In this document: positions 29,061-40,407 of the stretch, in pieces
Position numbering within the stretch: the stretch's first letter is position 1
Layout: each line of letters starts with the position of its first letter
Origin: Ignavibacteriaceae bacterium
Lineage (GTDB): Bacteria; Bacteroidota; Ignavibacteria; Ignavibacteriales; Ignavibacteriaceae
Reading direction: 5' to 3'
Assembly (NCBI GenBank): GCA_035478175.1
Contig: DATIJX010000031.1
Span: forward strand, 2,854-66,853
DNA length: 64,000 nt
The notes under the pieces: model-generated
Seen by the model: the letters and a program-made list of their open reading frames with translations, nothing else
What the model was told of the DNA's origin: nothing
Databases searched by the model: none
Made by a program: the position numbers and the translations under genes

Positions 29061-30452
29061 ATGAACAACAGGATTGAAAAAGATACAATGGGCGAGGTTA
29101 AAGTCCCTTCCGATAAATATTACGGCGCACAAACTGCCAGATCATTAATGAATTTTAAGATTGGTGGAGATAAATTTCCACGGGAGTTGATTCGTGCACT
29201 TGGAATTCTTAAAAAAGCAGCAGCACTTACAAATAAAGAACTCGGAACTTTACCAGCAGATAAAGCTGATTTGATTGTTAAAGCTGCCGATGAAGTAATT
29301 GAAGGAAAGCTTGACGAACATTTTCCATTAGTAGTATGGCAAACAGGCAGCGGCACACAAACTAATATGAATGCAAACGAAGTTATTTCAAATCGTGCAA
29401 TTGAAATTGCTGGCGGTGAAATGGGAAGCAAGAAACCAATTCATCCAAATGATGATGTAAATAAAGCACAATCATCAAACGATACTTTCCCAACAGCAAT
29501 GCACATCGCCGCAGTAGAAGAAATCCATCGCAGATTAATTCCGATGGTAACAAAACTCCGTGATGCTCTTCAGAAAAAAGCTGATGAATATAAAGATATA
29601 ATAAAGATCGGCAGGACTCATTTGATGGATGCCGTTCCATTAACACTCGGACAGGAATTTGGCGGGTATGCACAGCAATTAACAAATGGACTGGAAAGAA
29701 TTAATGCTGCTTTACCAAGAATGTATGAACTTGCTCTCGGTGGAACTGCTGTTGGAACAGGATTAAATACTCATCCTCAATTTGCAGTGAAATCAGCAGA
29801 ACATATTGCGAAGATTACTGGATTAAAATTCGTCACAGCAAGAAATAAATTCGAAGCACTTGCAACTCACGATGCACTTGTTGAGTTCAGTGGTGTTTTG
29901 AAAACTCTTGCTGCTTCTTTGATGAAGATTGCGAACGATATCAGATTTCTTGGTTCAGGTCCACGCTGCGGTTTAGGCGAGCTTCATCTTCCCGAAAATG
30001 AACCGGGTTCATCAATTATGCCGGGAAAAGTGAATCCAACTCAAAGTGAAGCAATGACAATGGTTTGTGCTCAGGTTTTTGGTAATGATGTTGCAGTGAA
30101 TATTGGCGGAGCAACAGGTCATTTTGAACTGAATGTTTTCAAACCTGTCATCATCTTTAATGTTCTCAACTCAATCAGATTAATTTCTGATGCTTGTGAA
30201 AGCTTTACAGATAATTGTGTAGTTGGGATGGAAGCAATTAAAACTAACATCAAAAAGCATCTTGATAATTCCTTGATGCTTGTTACTGCTTTAAATCCTC
30301 ATATTGGTTATGATAATGCTGCTAAAGTTGCAAAGAAAGCTCACGCAGAAAATAAAACTTTGAAAGAAGCTGTAGTTGAACTTGGATTGTTAACTGCAGA
30401 AAAGTTTGATGAAGTTGTAAGACCTGAAAAAATGATTGGACCTAAAGCTTAA
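29061..30452 (+). CDS. fumC: class II fumarate hydratase
   Basis: 463 aa. [16 protein letters not shown] signature and full-length colinearity with FumC. Confidence 0.97.
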   Translation: MNNRIEKDTMGEVKVPSDKYYGAQTARSLMNFKIGGDKFPRELIRALGILKKAAALTNKELGTLPADKADLIVKAADEVIEGKLDEHFPLVVWQTGSGTQTNMNANEVISNRAIEIAGGEMGSKKPIHPNDDVNKAQSSNDTFPTAMHIAAVEEIHRRLIPMVTKLRDALQKKADEYKDIIKIGRTHLMDAVPLTLGQEFGGYAQQLTNGLERINAALPRMYELALGGTAVGTGLNTHPQFAVKSAEHIAKITGLKFVTARNKFEALATHDALVEFSGVLKTLAASLMKIANDIRFLGSGPRCGLGELHLPENEPGSSIMPGKVNPTQSEAMTMVCAQVFGNDVAVNIGGATGHFELNVFKPVIIFNVLNSIRLISDACESFTDNCVVGMEAIKTNIKKHLDNSLMLVTALNPHIGYDNAAKVAKKAHAENKTLKEAVVELGLLTAEKFDEVVRPEKMIGPKA

Positions 30453-30461
30453 AACATTACG

Positions 30462-30488
30462 GTAGCACAGATTAATAATCTGTGCTAC
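30462..30488 (+). terminator. 11-bp stem hairpin after fumC
   Basis: GTAGCACAGAT-TAATA-ATCTGTGCTAC. Confidence 0.6.
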
Positions 30489-30501
30489 AACAATTAAAAT
30501 T

Positions 30502-31233
30502 ATGAACTGGAACGGAACAGTATCTCTGCTGATTGCTTGTTTTGAGTTTCTTCTTCTTTTTAACCTTATTGTTTTTGCTGAAAAGAACAGACTCAACAAA
30601 ATTGCAATTACAATGATTGCATTGTTGGCTGCATATCAAATGCTGGAATTCTTGATGTGTCAGGTTGAATTGCATAGCGCATTCTTTCCGTATTTCGCAT
30701 TTATAATTATTTCATTTCTTCCGCCATTGAATTTTTTATTAACTCTTACTCTTACTCGTAATCTTAATCTTACTCTCCCAGTTTGGTTAATTTTCATTCC
30801 TGCAATTCTTTTTTCAATTTACTACACTTTTATTATTCCTGAATTCGAGGTAACAAGCTGTACAGTTCTTTATGCAGCTTATCATTATCCAATGGGTGAT
30901 TTGTTTGGATTCTTTTACTACCTGCCAATTCTGATTTCAATTATTCTGCTCATTCTATTCGTAAAAAAAGAAAATGATAAAAAGAAAAAGCTGATTGGAA
31001 AAGTTTTACTATCCGGTGCTATATTTATCAGCATTCCGCCGCTGCTTGGATTTATTTTGATGTTTGCCGGTTCTTACTCACTCATTTCCGTAATGGAAAG
31101 TGTTATGTGCAAGTTTGCATTTGTATATGCGATGTGTTTAGCTTTTGTTTGTATTTACAATTCTCCATTTAAAGATGAACGAAACTATTTTTCATTGTTA
31201 ACAGGAAATCATTCCAAACAGTTGAGGAAATAA
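30502..31233 (+). CDS. polytopic membrane protein, unknown function
   Basis: 243 aa with about 7 hydrophobic segments. Confidence 0.6.
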   Translation: MNWNGTVSLLIACFEFLLLFNLIVFAEKNRLNKIAITMIALLAAYQMLEFLMCQVELHSAFFPYFAFIIISFLPPLNFLLTLTLTRNLNLTLPVWLIFIPAILFSIYYTFIIPEFEVTSCTVLYAAYHYPMGDLFGFFYYLPILISIILLILFVKKENDKKKKLIGKVLLSGAIFISIPPLLGFILMFAGSYSLISVMESVMCKFAFVYAMCLAFVCIYNSPFKDERNYFSLLTGNHSKQLRK

Positions 31234-31389
31234 GCATTTGCATGAATGCACACGAAAAAAATAGTTTTTTTCCTAATCTGTTAAATAGTAACTGTGTTAT
31301 AAACTTTACCTTCTTTGAAAAAGAGACTGATAATTGAAGAAGGGTTTTTCACTCAATATAATATTTCGTAGATAAATTAAATTTGATTA

Positions 31390-32232
31390 TTAATATTTTT
31401 GATTTAATTCTAATACATCATAATACATTGCAGTCTGTATTCCTGTTCTATCAGAATCAAATATCCCCGGATCAAACGCATTCCTACCTATATGAAAACC
31501 TGAAATTCGGAAGTTCTTAATATCAATAATTGTTTTTGGGACTAGGATAAAATCTTCAACTGACGAAGAAAGACTAGTTGTTCCACCTGTGTAGAGGTTA
31601 TAATGCGTATAATTCTTAACCATTTCCAAAATATTATTGGTAATATATATATTACTCACGAGGACCAGGAAGTCTGCATCACTATATTTTTCCCGAAAAT
31701 CCTTATAAAATGTGAGGCTATCGGTTGGTTCAAAAACTTCTACTTGTAAGCCATCTATGGGAGAACTGATTTTCTTTACGTGAAAATTCATTCCTGCTAC
31801 ATCCTTCGAATCTAATGTTTTGATAGTAAACTTTTTAGGAACGAATGCTGACATTCTTAATGATTCACCACCCATTACTCTGTTAAAAATATCATTATAT
31901 TCATTTGCAAAATATGCTTCCGAGGAACTAAAACCATAATTATTGTTATCAACTAGCCCAAATTCATCACACATTTCTTTATAAACCACTGAATCTTTTT
32001 CTTTGGAGATTTTATAATCATTCAGTTCTACGTCTGCTATACTATTGAAATTATTTCCTCCCCCCTGGTAAAATGCTACGTTATTTGATTCAAGTTTTAC
32101 AAAGTAAATAATACTCTCCTTAGAAAATACCGATTTATTATTTTCGCTTGAATTAAGTTTTATCAAGTTTGAGGTCCTTGAGCAGGAAAGTAGCAGAATG
32201 GAAATAACTAAGAGAGGAATTAATTTATTCAT
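31390..32232 (-). CDS. hypothetical lipoprotein
   Basis: Lipobox LLSCS. The protein is Asn-rich with no recognisable family. Confidence 0.6.
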   Translation of the reverse strand: MNKLIPLLVISILLLSCSRTSNLIKLNSSENNKSVFSKESIIYFVKLESNNVAFYQGGGNNFNSIADVELNDYKISKEKDSVVYKEMCDEFGLVDNNNYGFSSSEAYFANEYNDIFNRVMGGESLRMSAFVPKKFTIKTLDSKDVAGMNFHVKKISSPIDGLQVEVFEPTDSLTFYKDFREKYSDADFLVLVSNIYITNNILEMVKNYTHYNLYTGGTTSLSSSVEDFILVPKTIIDIKNFRISGFHIGRNAFDPGIFDSDRTGIQTAMYYDVLELNQKY

Positions 32233-32435
32233 TTTTAACCCCTTATTTTATTTGATAAAAATAAATTTAATTCTATAATATAATTTATATTTTAATTCTC
32301 CGTTAAACAACAGATTTGATAGATTTTTTATTTCAAAAAAATTCTTGTGGCGTACTACATAATCTATTATAATTTTATTTTCTCCAATACAATTCAATTC
32401 ACTAAATTTCCATTGTAAAAATTTTATCTCAACTA

Positions 32436-32765
32436 TTGAACGAAACTATTTTAAATATTTATCTGGTTATAAATGACGGACAGGTTGTCGAGTTCCGTGT
32501 TATGGCTTACGAAATGGAAGGCGGCGATGACAGGAAGATTGAATTCCTTAAAAGCAAAGCAAGAGATGATTTTGAAAAAGCATATAAGTTTGATGCACCG
32601 ACAGATAAGCAGGGAAAATTTATGAGCTACAACCGGTTTCATAAATTTGAGAAACGCGGAATGCATTTTCAGTTGTTTGAAGAAATATTTTCAAGCTTCA
32701 AAGTTCTGGAACATCCTTTGGTTTGCGTTACACCTGTTGTAGATGGAGAGATTTACAGCAATTAA
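32436..32765 (+). CDS. hypothetical protein
   Basis: 109-aa ORF with a TTG start. The start and coding status are uncertain. Confidence 0.35.
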   Translation: MNETILNIYLVINDGQVVEFRVMAYEMEGGDDRKIEFLKSKARDDFEKAYKFDAPTDKQGKFMSYNRFHKFEKRGMHFQLFEEIFSSFKVLEHPLVCVTPVVDGEIYSN

Positions 32766-32810
32766 AACAATGCAATAACAGTCATACTATTACTTTATAA
32801 AATTAAAGTT

Positions 32811-33677
32811 ATGAAAAAGATATGTTTACTGATTTTACTCTTCTCTACAGCGCCAAATCTCAGCATTGCACAAGTTGAATATGCCCCCTTGCAATTAGGA
32901 AATGTTTGGGTGTACCAAATTGTCGGTGCAAATCGTTCCAGGGTAGAGATTATTGACTCTGCAGTTATTATTGATTCAATAAAGTACTTTGGTTATGCAT
33001 TTGCATATCAAACAAATATTTCCGGATTAATTAGATTAAGAAGTGATGGATATTATGTAAGCAAACAAGATTCAGCATTCCCAGAACCATTAAATGAGTG
33101 GAGGTATTATAAAAAGAATGCAAATATCGGTGATATATGGCAAGTCAATTATGGTGGAGCAGCACCTGTAACTTATTTTGTTACTGATTCCATACCTGCT
33201 TACATATTTGATACTGTCGTTACGGCCAAGATTGTCCGGGAGGATTTCGGTATTTCTGATCCTTGGGATTATACGTGGACAAAGGAATTTGGAAAATTAG
33301 CTAAGATTGGCTGGTGGGGTGAAACTCATTATTACTTATTGGGATGTGTGATCAATGGTAAAGTTTATGGAGATACTACTCTCGTTACTGATGTAAATGA
33401 TTTTATCACAAATTTTTCATTTAACTTATATCAGAACTTTCCCAATCCATTTAATCCAAAAACAATAATCAAATTTAGAATTGAAGATTTCGGAATGGTT
33501 TCTCTAAAAGTGTTCGATGTTTTAGGAAATGTAGTTGCATCTTTAATTGATAAGGAAATGCCAGCAGGAGAATATGAAGTTGAGTTCGATGCGGAGAATT
33601 TGTCGAGTGGAATCTATTTTTATTCGTTGAGAGCTGGTGATAAATTAACAACAAAGAAAATGGTTCTGCTTCGGTAA
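32811..33677 (+). CDS. secreted protein with T9SS C-terminal sorting domain
   Basis: Signal peptide and the C-terminus YQNFPNPFNPKTIIKF...GIYFYSLRAGD...KKMVLLR. Confidence 0.8.
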   Translation: MKKICLLILLFSTAPNLSIAQVEYAPLQLGNVWVYQIVGANRSRVEIIDSAVIIDSIKYFGYAFAYQTNISGLIRLRSDGYYVSKQDSAFPEPLNEWRYYKKNANIGDIWQVNYGGAAPVTYFVTDSIPAYIFDTVVTAKIVREDFGISDPWDYTWTKEFGKLAKIGWWGETHYYLLGCVINGKVYGDTTLVTDVNDFITNFSFNLYQNFPNPFNPKTIIKFRIEDFGMVSLKVFDVLGNVVASLIDKEMPAGEYEVEFDAENLSSGIYFYSLRAGDKLTTKKMVLLR

Positions 33678-33794
33678 TTGTATCTGTTTTAATTTGTCGT
33701 CACTGGATCATTCGTGACAACATTGAGATTCCTCGTAGGACAGATTAGTAATCTGTCCCACCGGTTATGAAATTATAATTAATTTTAATTCAAA

Positions 33795-35888
33795 ATGAAA
33801 AGACTATCAAACAAAATAATTTTCCTAACAATAATATTGTTCACAATTATGGGAAGTAAATTGTACGTAACCGATCAAACAAAAACGTCACTCACACCAT
33901 TTCAGAAAAAACAAAAAGAGCTTGATAAAATTTATTCTGACAAAAAGCTTGGTTCATTCGTAGAAAATGGCAAAACTTATTTCAGATTATTCACTCCAAA
34001 TGCAGAAAAAGTTTCTCTGCTCACTTTCGAACAGCCTGAGCAGATAATAGGAAAAGAATTTCCAATGACCAGAGATGAAAACGGTGTGTGGGAAACTTCA
34101 CTCGATGGAGAACTATACGGATTATTTTATGGTTTCAAAGTTTGTCATCCCGGAACTCCCTGCATCGAAGATATTGTTTGTATCGATCCTTATGCAAAGG
34201 CAGTTGCAACTCTCAACACTTATTTCAATCCTCGCAGAAGTATTGTAGTTAAAGAAGGAAGTTATGATTGGGAAGGTGATGAATGGATTCAAAGAGATTG
34301 GAGAGATTTAATAATTTATGAAATGCACATTCGCGATATGACAGAACATCAATCATCTGGCGCAACTCAAAGAGGAACATATCAGGGCTTAGTTGAGAAA
34401 GGAAAAACAGGCGGAATTGATTATATAAAAAATCTTGGTATTAACACTGTTGAACTTCTACCTGCGCAGGAATTTGCTAATGTAGAAATTCCTTTTCAGG
34501 ATTCACTGAACGGGAAATTCAATCACTGGAATCCTTATGAAAGAAATCATTGGGGATATATGACCGCAGCATTCTTTGCACCTGAAAGTTATTATAGTGA
34601 AAATGTCCGTGAACTTGAATGGGAAAAATGGACTGGGGAAGATGCAAAGGCTGTAACTGATTTTAAGGATATGGTGAAAGCTTTCCACAAAGAAGGAATT
34701 GCTGTTATAATGGATGTTGTTTACAATCACATTTCAGAATATGAGATTGGAAACCTGAAGCAGATTGATAAAGAATATTATTTCAGACTGGATGAAAAAG
34801 GAAATTACATCGCTCAAAGCGGCTGCGGAAATGATTTCAGAACTGAAGCACCGATGGCAAGAAGAATGATTGTAGAAAGTGTTCTTTACTGGATGAAAGA
34901 GTATCATATTGATGGTTTCCGTTTTGATCTTGGAAAGTTGATCGACTGGGAAACAATTGAACTAATTATTCACGAAGCAAAAAAAATTAATCCAAATGTA
35001 ATTTTTGTCTGTGAACCGTGGGGTGGAGGATACGATCCTGCGGGATTTTCAGTTCGCGGCTGGGGAGCGTGGAATGATCAGATAAGAAACGGAATTAAAG
35101 GAGAAAATCCTTTTAACGGTCACGGTTGGATTTTCGGCAAATGGTACGGGAACAACAATCCGAACAGAATAAAAAGCTATGTGAAAGGAACTCTCACAAA
35201 AGATTCTTTGGGTTTATTTCAAAAGCCTGATCACTCGGTAAATTATCTTGAGTCGCACGATGGTTATACTCTCGGAGATTTTATTCGTTTAGGATTGGGA
35301 GATGTGAAGAGAGATGAAATAATTAAAGACTTTAACAAGCACGTTAAACTTACTCCGCACCAGATGAAGCTGAGCAAACTTGCAGCATTATTTCTTTTTA
35401 CTTCACGAGGAATTACAATGATTCATTCAGGTCAGGAGTATGGGAGAAGTAAAGTAATACCCTCGACTATTTCAGAAGAAGATCCTCACAAAGGAATGAT
35501 AGACCACAACAGCTATGAAAAGGATAACGAAACAAATTACATCAATTATAATTATGTAAAAGTTAATGAAGAACTTTTCAATTATTACAAAGGATTGATT
35601 GAGATAAGAAAAACTTTCAAAACTTTCCGTCGTGCAGAATATGGTGATTTGCAATTCTTCATCTTTAAAGAAAAACCATTTGCATTAGGTTATTCAGTTA
35701 AGTATGATGATGAAGAATTTGTGGTTCTTTGTAATGCGGATCCAAAATCTTCTTTGGTAGTTGATATACCTGATGGCGAATGGAATGTACTGGCAGATGA
35801 AAACACTGCAAGTGTCAACCCTTTAAAGACATTGAAGAAAAAAGTAACACTTAATAGTTCAACGGGTATGATTCTAAAAAAGAAATAA
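33795..35888 (+). CDS. GH13 pullulanase-type debranching enzyme
   Basis: 697 aa. DVVYNH, DGFRFDLG, CEPWGG and YLESHDG are conserved regions I-IV. An E-set/CBM48-like N-domain is present. Confidence 0.88.
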   Translation: MKRLSNKIIFLTIILFTIMGSKLYVTDQTKTSLTPFQKKQKELDKIYSDKKLGSFVENGKTYFRLFTPNAEKVSLLTFEQPEQIIGKEFPMTRDENGVWETSLDGELYGLFYGFKVCHPGTPCIEDIVCIDPYAKAVATLNTYFNPRRSIVVKEGSYDWEGDEWIQRDWRDLIIYEMHIRDMTEHQSSGATQRGTYQGLVEKGKTGGIDYIKNLGINTVELLPAQEFANVEIPFQDSLNGKFNHWNPYERNHWGYMTAAFFAPESYYSENVRELEWEKWTGEDAKAVTDFKDMVKAFHKEGIAVIMDVVYNHISEYEIGNLKQIDKEYYFRLDEKGNYIAQSGCGNDFRTEAPMARRMIVESVLYWMKEYHIDGFRFDLGKLIDWETIELIIHEAKKINPNVIFVCEPWGGGYDPAGFSVRGWGAWNDQIRNGIKGENPFNGHGWIFGKWYGNNNPNRIKSYVKGTLTKDSLGLFQKPDHSVNYLESHDGYTLGDFIRLGLGDVKRDEIIKDFNKHVKLTPHQMKLSKLAALFLFTSRGITMIHSGQEYGRSKVIPSTISEEDPHKGMIDHNSYEKDNETNYINYNYVKVNEELFNYYKGLIEIRKTFKTFRRAEYGDLQFFIFKEKPFALGYSVKYDDEEFVVLCNADPKSSLVVDIPDGEWNVLADENTASVNPLKTLKKKVTLNSSTGMILKKK

Positions 35889-36650
35889 ATGAAGAGAGTA
35901 GCTCTAAATATTTTTGCCTTCTTTCTTTTTTTTGCCGGACAGATAAATTCTCAGCAATTTTCTGTCGGCTCACCTGAATGGCTGGTTGATATGTTTTTCG
36001 GCAAAAGCAGTTTCCCTGATAAAGCTAATTATTTTTCCGGGGAAATGTTAAATGAGATTAATGAACCAACAATCGGTGAAGAGCTAAATGGAAAAGGAGA
36101 GATTTTCTTCCATCAGATAAAAGCCACAAATGAGGAAAACGTTTTTGCTGTCGAAGTAAAATTAGAAAATAAAGTAATTGATTTTTATTGCTATCTTGTC
36201 AAGCAGGAAAATAACTGGAAGATTAATACAATTAGAAGATTTCTGCTACCGCATTTCGTTTACACGGTTCGCGACTCACTTTCAAATTTGAATTCTCTTT
36301 CTTCAAATGATTCCAGCTTTTATTTGTCATTAAAACTTTTCACAATGGCTGATGCTGAATTGAAAAATTATCTTACGACCAATCTCAATAAATTTCAGGA
36401 ACTCGTTGTTGCTTTCAATACTAATTTGAAAGATAAGGCTGATAAACTTCTTGGATCGGTTGGCTGCAACGCTATATATAATGATAAAAAATATCCCGGC
36501 TGCGTGTTCATTCAAATCTTAACATTTGAAAAAATGGAAGCTGGATTTATTCAAGCCGCGGATGCAATACTGCTTCCGCAAATCTCATTTCAGGGTTACA
36601 TTTATATCGAAGAGATCTCTCCCGGCTGGTTTGTTTTTCGGACTATTTAG
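35889..36650 (+). CDS. secreted hypothetical protein
   Basis: Signal peptide. The ATG directly abuts the pullulanase stop (TAAATG). Confidence 0.6.
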   Translation: MKRVALNIFAFFLFFAGQINSQQFSVGSPEWLVDMFFGKSSFPDKANYFSGEMLNEINEPTIGEELNGKGEIFFHQIKATNEENVFAVEVKLENKVIDFYCYLVKQENNWKINTIRRFLLPHFVYTVRDSLSNLNSLSSNDSSFYLSLKLFTMADAELKNYLTTNLNKFQELVVAFNTNLKDKADKLLGSVGCNAIYNDKKYPGCVFIQILTFEKMEAGFIQAADAILLPQISFQGYIYIEEISPGWFVFRTI

Positions 36651-39600
36651 AATGGTTGTTGTTTGAAATGCTTTTTCTTATGGATTTTTCGATAGCCTCT
36701 TTGAAGCTTCTCAGGTTAACAGGTTTTGTGAAGACATGCTCAATGCCGAGTTCCACATATTGCTGAACAGCGGCTCTCTCAATTTTGCTGGTTAAGACAA
36801 TGACAGGAGTTATTGATTTCAAACCACTCTTAATTAATTCCCGCACTAAATTGTATCCGTTCATAACGGGCATCTGATGTTCGGTAATAACCAGGGCTGG
36901 AGGTGAACTGATTATTCTTTCCAATGCTTCATTTCCATTAGCAACAATACTCACTGCATAATCAGATGCGATGTTCATTAGAATTTTAGAATATAATATC
37001 CGGTCTCTCTTGTTTGGTTCAACCAGAAGAATCTTAGCAGAGGCTACGGGAAGTGAAAAAATAAATTCAGAACCTTTCTCAAATTCACTATTAACATCAA
37101 TCTTACCTCCGTGCTTAAGTATTATCTCCTTTACCAAAGATAGACCAAGACCGCTTCCTTTTTCACCAGCAGTACCTTCTGAAGAGAACTTTGTTTCGAT
37201 GTTAAATAGCTTACTTAAATTATCCGGCTTTATACCTCTTCCTGTGTCTTTTATTGAAAACTGCATGAATCTTAATGCTGATGATGGTTTTGCAGAGATT
37301 GTTATGCTGTCACCTCTTTTCGTAAACTTAACTGCATTTGAAAGTAGATTATTAAAAACTTGCAGTACAAGACTCTTATCCACGAAAAGGTAGTGGCTTG
37401 CTTCCACCAGATTTTGAATCTTAATACCTTTCTTCACAGCATTACCCGAAACCGTGCTTATTGAATTGTTGATCAGCTCCTGAGCATTGATTTTTTCCGG
37501 TTCAAATTTGATTCTTCCGGTTTGCAGACGTGTCCAATCAAGCAATGAATTAACAAGAGCCAGCATTGATTTCGAAGATTCCTGGATGTAGGATATATAT
37601 TGCTTTTTCTCAAATTCAGAAAGAGTATCATCATCGATAAGCAGATCAGTGAAACCAAGAATTGAGCTGAAAGGTGTTCGCAGGTCGTGAGAGATGATTG
37701 AGAGAAATCTGTCCTTAGCTTCATTTAGTTTTTTAAGATTTGCAGCAGATACTTTAAGCTCTTCTTCAGCACGCTTATTAAAGGTGATATCGCTAACAAG
37801 TCCGTAGATTTTTTGCACCCTGTTTTCAGAATCCCTGATTATATTCAGTTTATTTCTTACCCAAACTACATTACCTTCCTTATTAATTATTCTTAACTCG
37901 ATTTCGCCGGTTGTATCTGGAATGCTGTCCCAAAGAATTTTTAATTTCTTTTTTACATCAGTGAAATCATCCGGATGAATTATTTTAAGTAGGAATCTCG
38001 AATCACTGAGGAATTCATCCTGTGTATATCCGGTAACTTTTTGAACAGCCGTTGTGAAAAATAGTGGTTTGAAAAAATCACCTGATCTTTCGAAGGTATA
38101 AAGAAAATCGTCAATATTTTCAGTAATACTTCTGTATTTCTGTTCTGATTCTCTGAGCACTTTTTGTGTCCGCTTTCGCTCGGTTACATCCATTGCTAAG
38201 ACAACAAGAAATATTTTGTCCTCTTGTTCAAATACAGCAGCGGAGAACTCTGAATAAAAGGTCGAACCATCTTTCTTCTTAGCCAGGAATTCAATTCTTT
38301 CCTGGGTCTTTAATCCTGATTTTTTCGAAATTAAATAATCTTTTACTCTGGCTACATCATCTTCTGAGACTAATTCAAGAATATTTTTACTTTGTATTTC
38401 AGTGGCATCCTTATACTGAAAGATTTTAGCGAATGAGTCATTTGCCAGAATTAATTTACCATCAAGCTCAACGGCAATTCCATCCTGTGATGCTGTAAAA
38501 AGAGATTTGTGAACGGAATCCGGAAGGACTTTTCTTTGAATTTTATAAGAGCTGCTAAGGGTGCAGTAAATTATATGCGGTAAACCATCCACAGTCTGCT
38601 CAACCTGCAGTATTAAATTAGTTTGAATTTCATCGCCGGTGAAATTTTTTATTTTTATTGGAGAAGATTTTTCTTCTCCAACTTTAAGAGAAGCTATTTC
38701 ATCTTTTAAATTGACAGGGTCATCAGTCTTAATTAATTCAAAAAAGTTTTTACTGTAGAGTTCAATGTCAGGAAAGTTTAATAATAACTTGAGTGATTGA
38801 TTAGCCAGTAAAATAGATCCTGTTCTATCAATTTTAATCATCGGTTCAGCGGTTTTGTCAGATTCTGTTCTGGATTCAACAGCTTGCTTTTTTTCCTGTT
38901 CGTGCTTAATTGGTTCGATTTCACTTTTCTTACAAACTATTATCACAACAGAACTATCTATTTCACTAATAAAGAAAGTCAGGTCTACTGGTATTTTTCC
39001 TTCAATACGATTTTCTATTATGGTTTTATATTCAAGCTGATTCTTATTGTCCAATTCTTTGATAATGTTCTGGAATTCATTTGGAGTTACTTGAGGGAAA
39101 AGAGTTGTGATTTGTTGATTTTCACTTTCCTCTTTTTTTAATCCGGTAAGTCTTTGGAACAAATCATCCTGATAAATTACCTCTCCACTTTTGGAAACAA
39201 GTAAAACAGCATTATCAGTTAGCTTTGCTAACTCTTTATAAAAATTCAATTCATTGGAATATGTGGGTTTGGAAATGATCTCATGTTTGGCTTCGGGAAT
39301 TTCTTTAAATACTAAATATAAGAATTGAACGTACCCATTGTCTCCAATCACAGGATCAATTTTACAATCAGTAGGTGTATTAGTTTCTTCAGTCCTGATT
39401 TCTAACCGGACTGATTGGCATATTCTTTGTCTGACCGCGATACTAAAGCTCTCAAGTATTTTTTGCTTAGTTGTGGAATTAAAAACCTCGCCAATATTTT
39501 TCCCCGTAATTTCTTTCCTGAAGAGCCGCAGTTTTGAATTCTCTTTTCCTGCAGAAAATTTTATATCTCCGGCAGTATCTGTAACAACAATAAAGTCTTC

Positions 39601-40014
39601 ACTTCTTTCAAGATAATCTTCAGTCAATTTTGATTTTAGCTTTAGTTCCGTGTCAGTTGAAGCGAGAATTTTTAAGTCCTCGACAATCAGCATTCCCCCG
39701 GATATATTTTCTTCTTCGTATATAGGAAATCCTTTTATGAATAAAGAAATATGACCACCACTTTGAGTTTCAACTCTTTTTATTTCTTTTTCAAAAGAAT
39801 TACCTTTAATAATATTTTTTAGATCCTGGGCCAGATCTGTAGAATTGAATAGCTTAAATTCGAATAAGTTAACGCCTGGCACAGGGCGATTGAACTGATA
39901 TAAAATTCCAAACTTGTTAAAGTTTTTATTGATATACTCAACGAAACCATCACGGGAATATGTAATAATTCCCAATGGAATTTGATCGATATGTATTGAT
40001 AGGCTCTCTTCCAT
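36643..40014 (-). CDS. multi-PAS hybrid sensor histidine kinase with atypical C-terminal receiver
   Basis: 1123 aa with repeated PAS-like segments. H-box FLSIISHDLRTPF, G-box GSGLGLSLVKE, and a receiver with LVITEHQMPVMNG, VLTSK and FTKP. Confidence 0.9.
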   Translation of the reverse strand: MEESLSIHIDQIPLGIITYSRDGFVEYINKNFNKFGILYQFNRPVPGVNLFEFKLFNSTDLAQDLKNIIKGNSFEKEIKRVETQSGGHISLFIKGFPIYEEENISGGMLIVEDLKILASTDTELKLKSKLTEDYLERSEDFIVVTDTAGDIKFSAGKENSKLRLFRKEITGKNIGEVFNSTTKQKILESFSIAVRQRICQSVRLEIRTEETNTPTDCKIDPVIGDNGYVQFLYLVFKEIPEAKHEIISKPTYSNELNFYKELAKLTDNAVLLVSKSGEVIYQDDLFQRLTGLKKEESENQQITTLFPQVTPNEFQNIIKELDNKNQLEYKTIIENRIEGKIPVDLTFFISEIDSSVVIIVCKKSEIEPIKHEQEKKQAVESRTESDKTAEPMIKIDRTGSILLANQSLKLLLNFPDIELYSKNFFELIKTDDPVNLKDEIASLKVGEEKSSPIKIKNFTGDEIQTNLILQVEQTVDGLPHIIYCTLSSSYKIQRKVLPDSVHKSLFTASQDGIAVELDGKLILANDSFAKIFQYKDATEIQSKNILELVSEDDVARVKDYLISKKSGLKTQERIEFLAKKKDGSTFYSEFSAAVFEQEDKIFLVVLAMDVTERKRTQKVLRESEQKYRSITENIDDFLYTFERSGDFFKPLFFTTAVQKVTGYTQDEFLSDSRFLLKIIHPDDFTDVKKKLKILWDSIPDTTGEIELRIINKEGNVVWVRNKLNIIRDSENRVQKIYGLVSDITFNKRAEEELKVSAANLKKLNEAKDRFLSIISHDLRTPFSSILGFTDLLIDDDTLSEFEKKQYISYIQESSKSMLALVNSLLDWTRLQTGRIKFEPEKINAQELINNSISTVSGNAVKKGIKIQNLVEASHYLFVDKSLVLQVFNNLLSNAVKFTKRGDSITISAKPSSALRFMQFSIKDTGRGIKPDNLSKLFNIETKFSSEGTAGEKGSGLGLSLVKEIILKHGGKIDVNSEFEKGSEFIFSLPVASAKILLVEPNKRDRILYSKILMNIASDYAVSIVANGNEALERIISSPPALVITEHQMPVMNGYNLVRELIKSGLKSITPVIVLTSKIERAAVQQYVELGIEHVFTKPVNLRSFKEAIEKSIRKSISNNNHSK

Positions 40015-40407
40015 TCAAAAAATTTTCACTGTTTGGGATTTATTATTATTTGTGCTTTGCCCTAAAAGAAGCTTTAACAGAATCTAACAGCAATAATAAT
40101 GCTATCAGATTGCATATTTTTATCATTTATAACCTAATGCCATTTTATTGATTTCGGTTTGTATTATTTTTAATGATTATTAGAAATTCTTTAGAAATAA
40201 GCTATTCTCAGCTAATTAATTGATCATTAGCTGTAGTTCAAGGGCGTCAATTTGAACTGCAAAATTAACTTTAACGTCTCATTCTGGTAACTCTAACTCT
40301 CATCTTAATAATAATGTAACGATTTACAGTTGTTATTCAGATTTAGGAAAATAAGCAATCAAGCTAAAAAAATTTGTAAATTTTAGTAGTAAACAATAAA
40401 CATTCCC

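Noticed and set aside
30390-30675. Two minus-strand ORFs (69 and 67 aa)
   Set aside because: They run across the fumC terminator hairpin and antisense to the start of the membrane protein gene. Their composition is lysine/asparagine-rich AT-bias noise.
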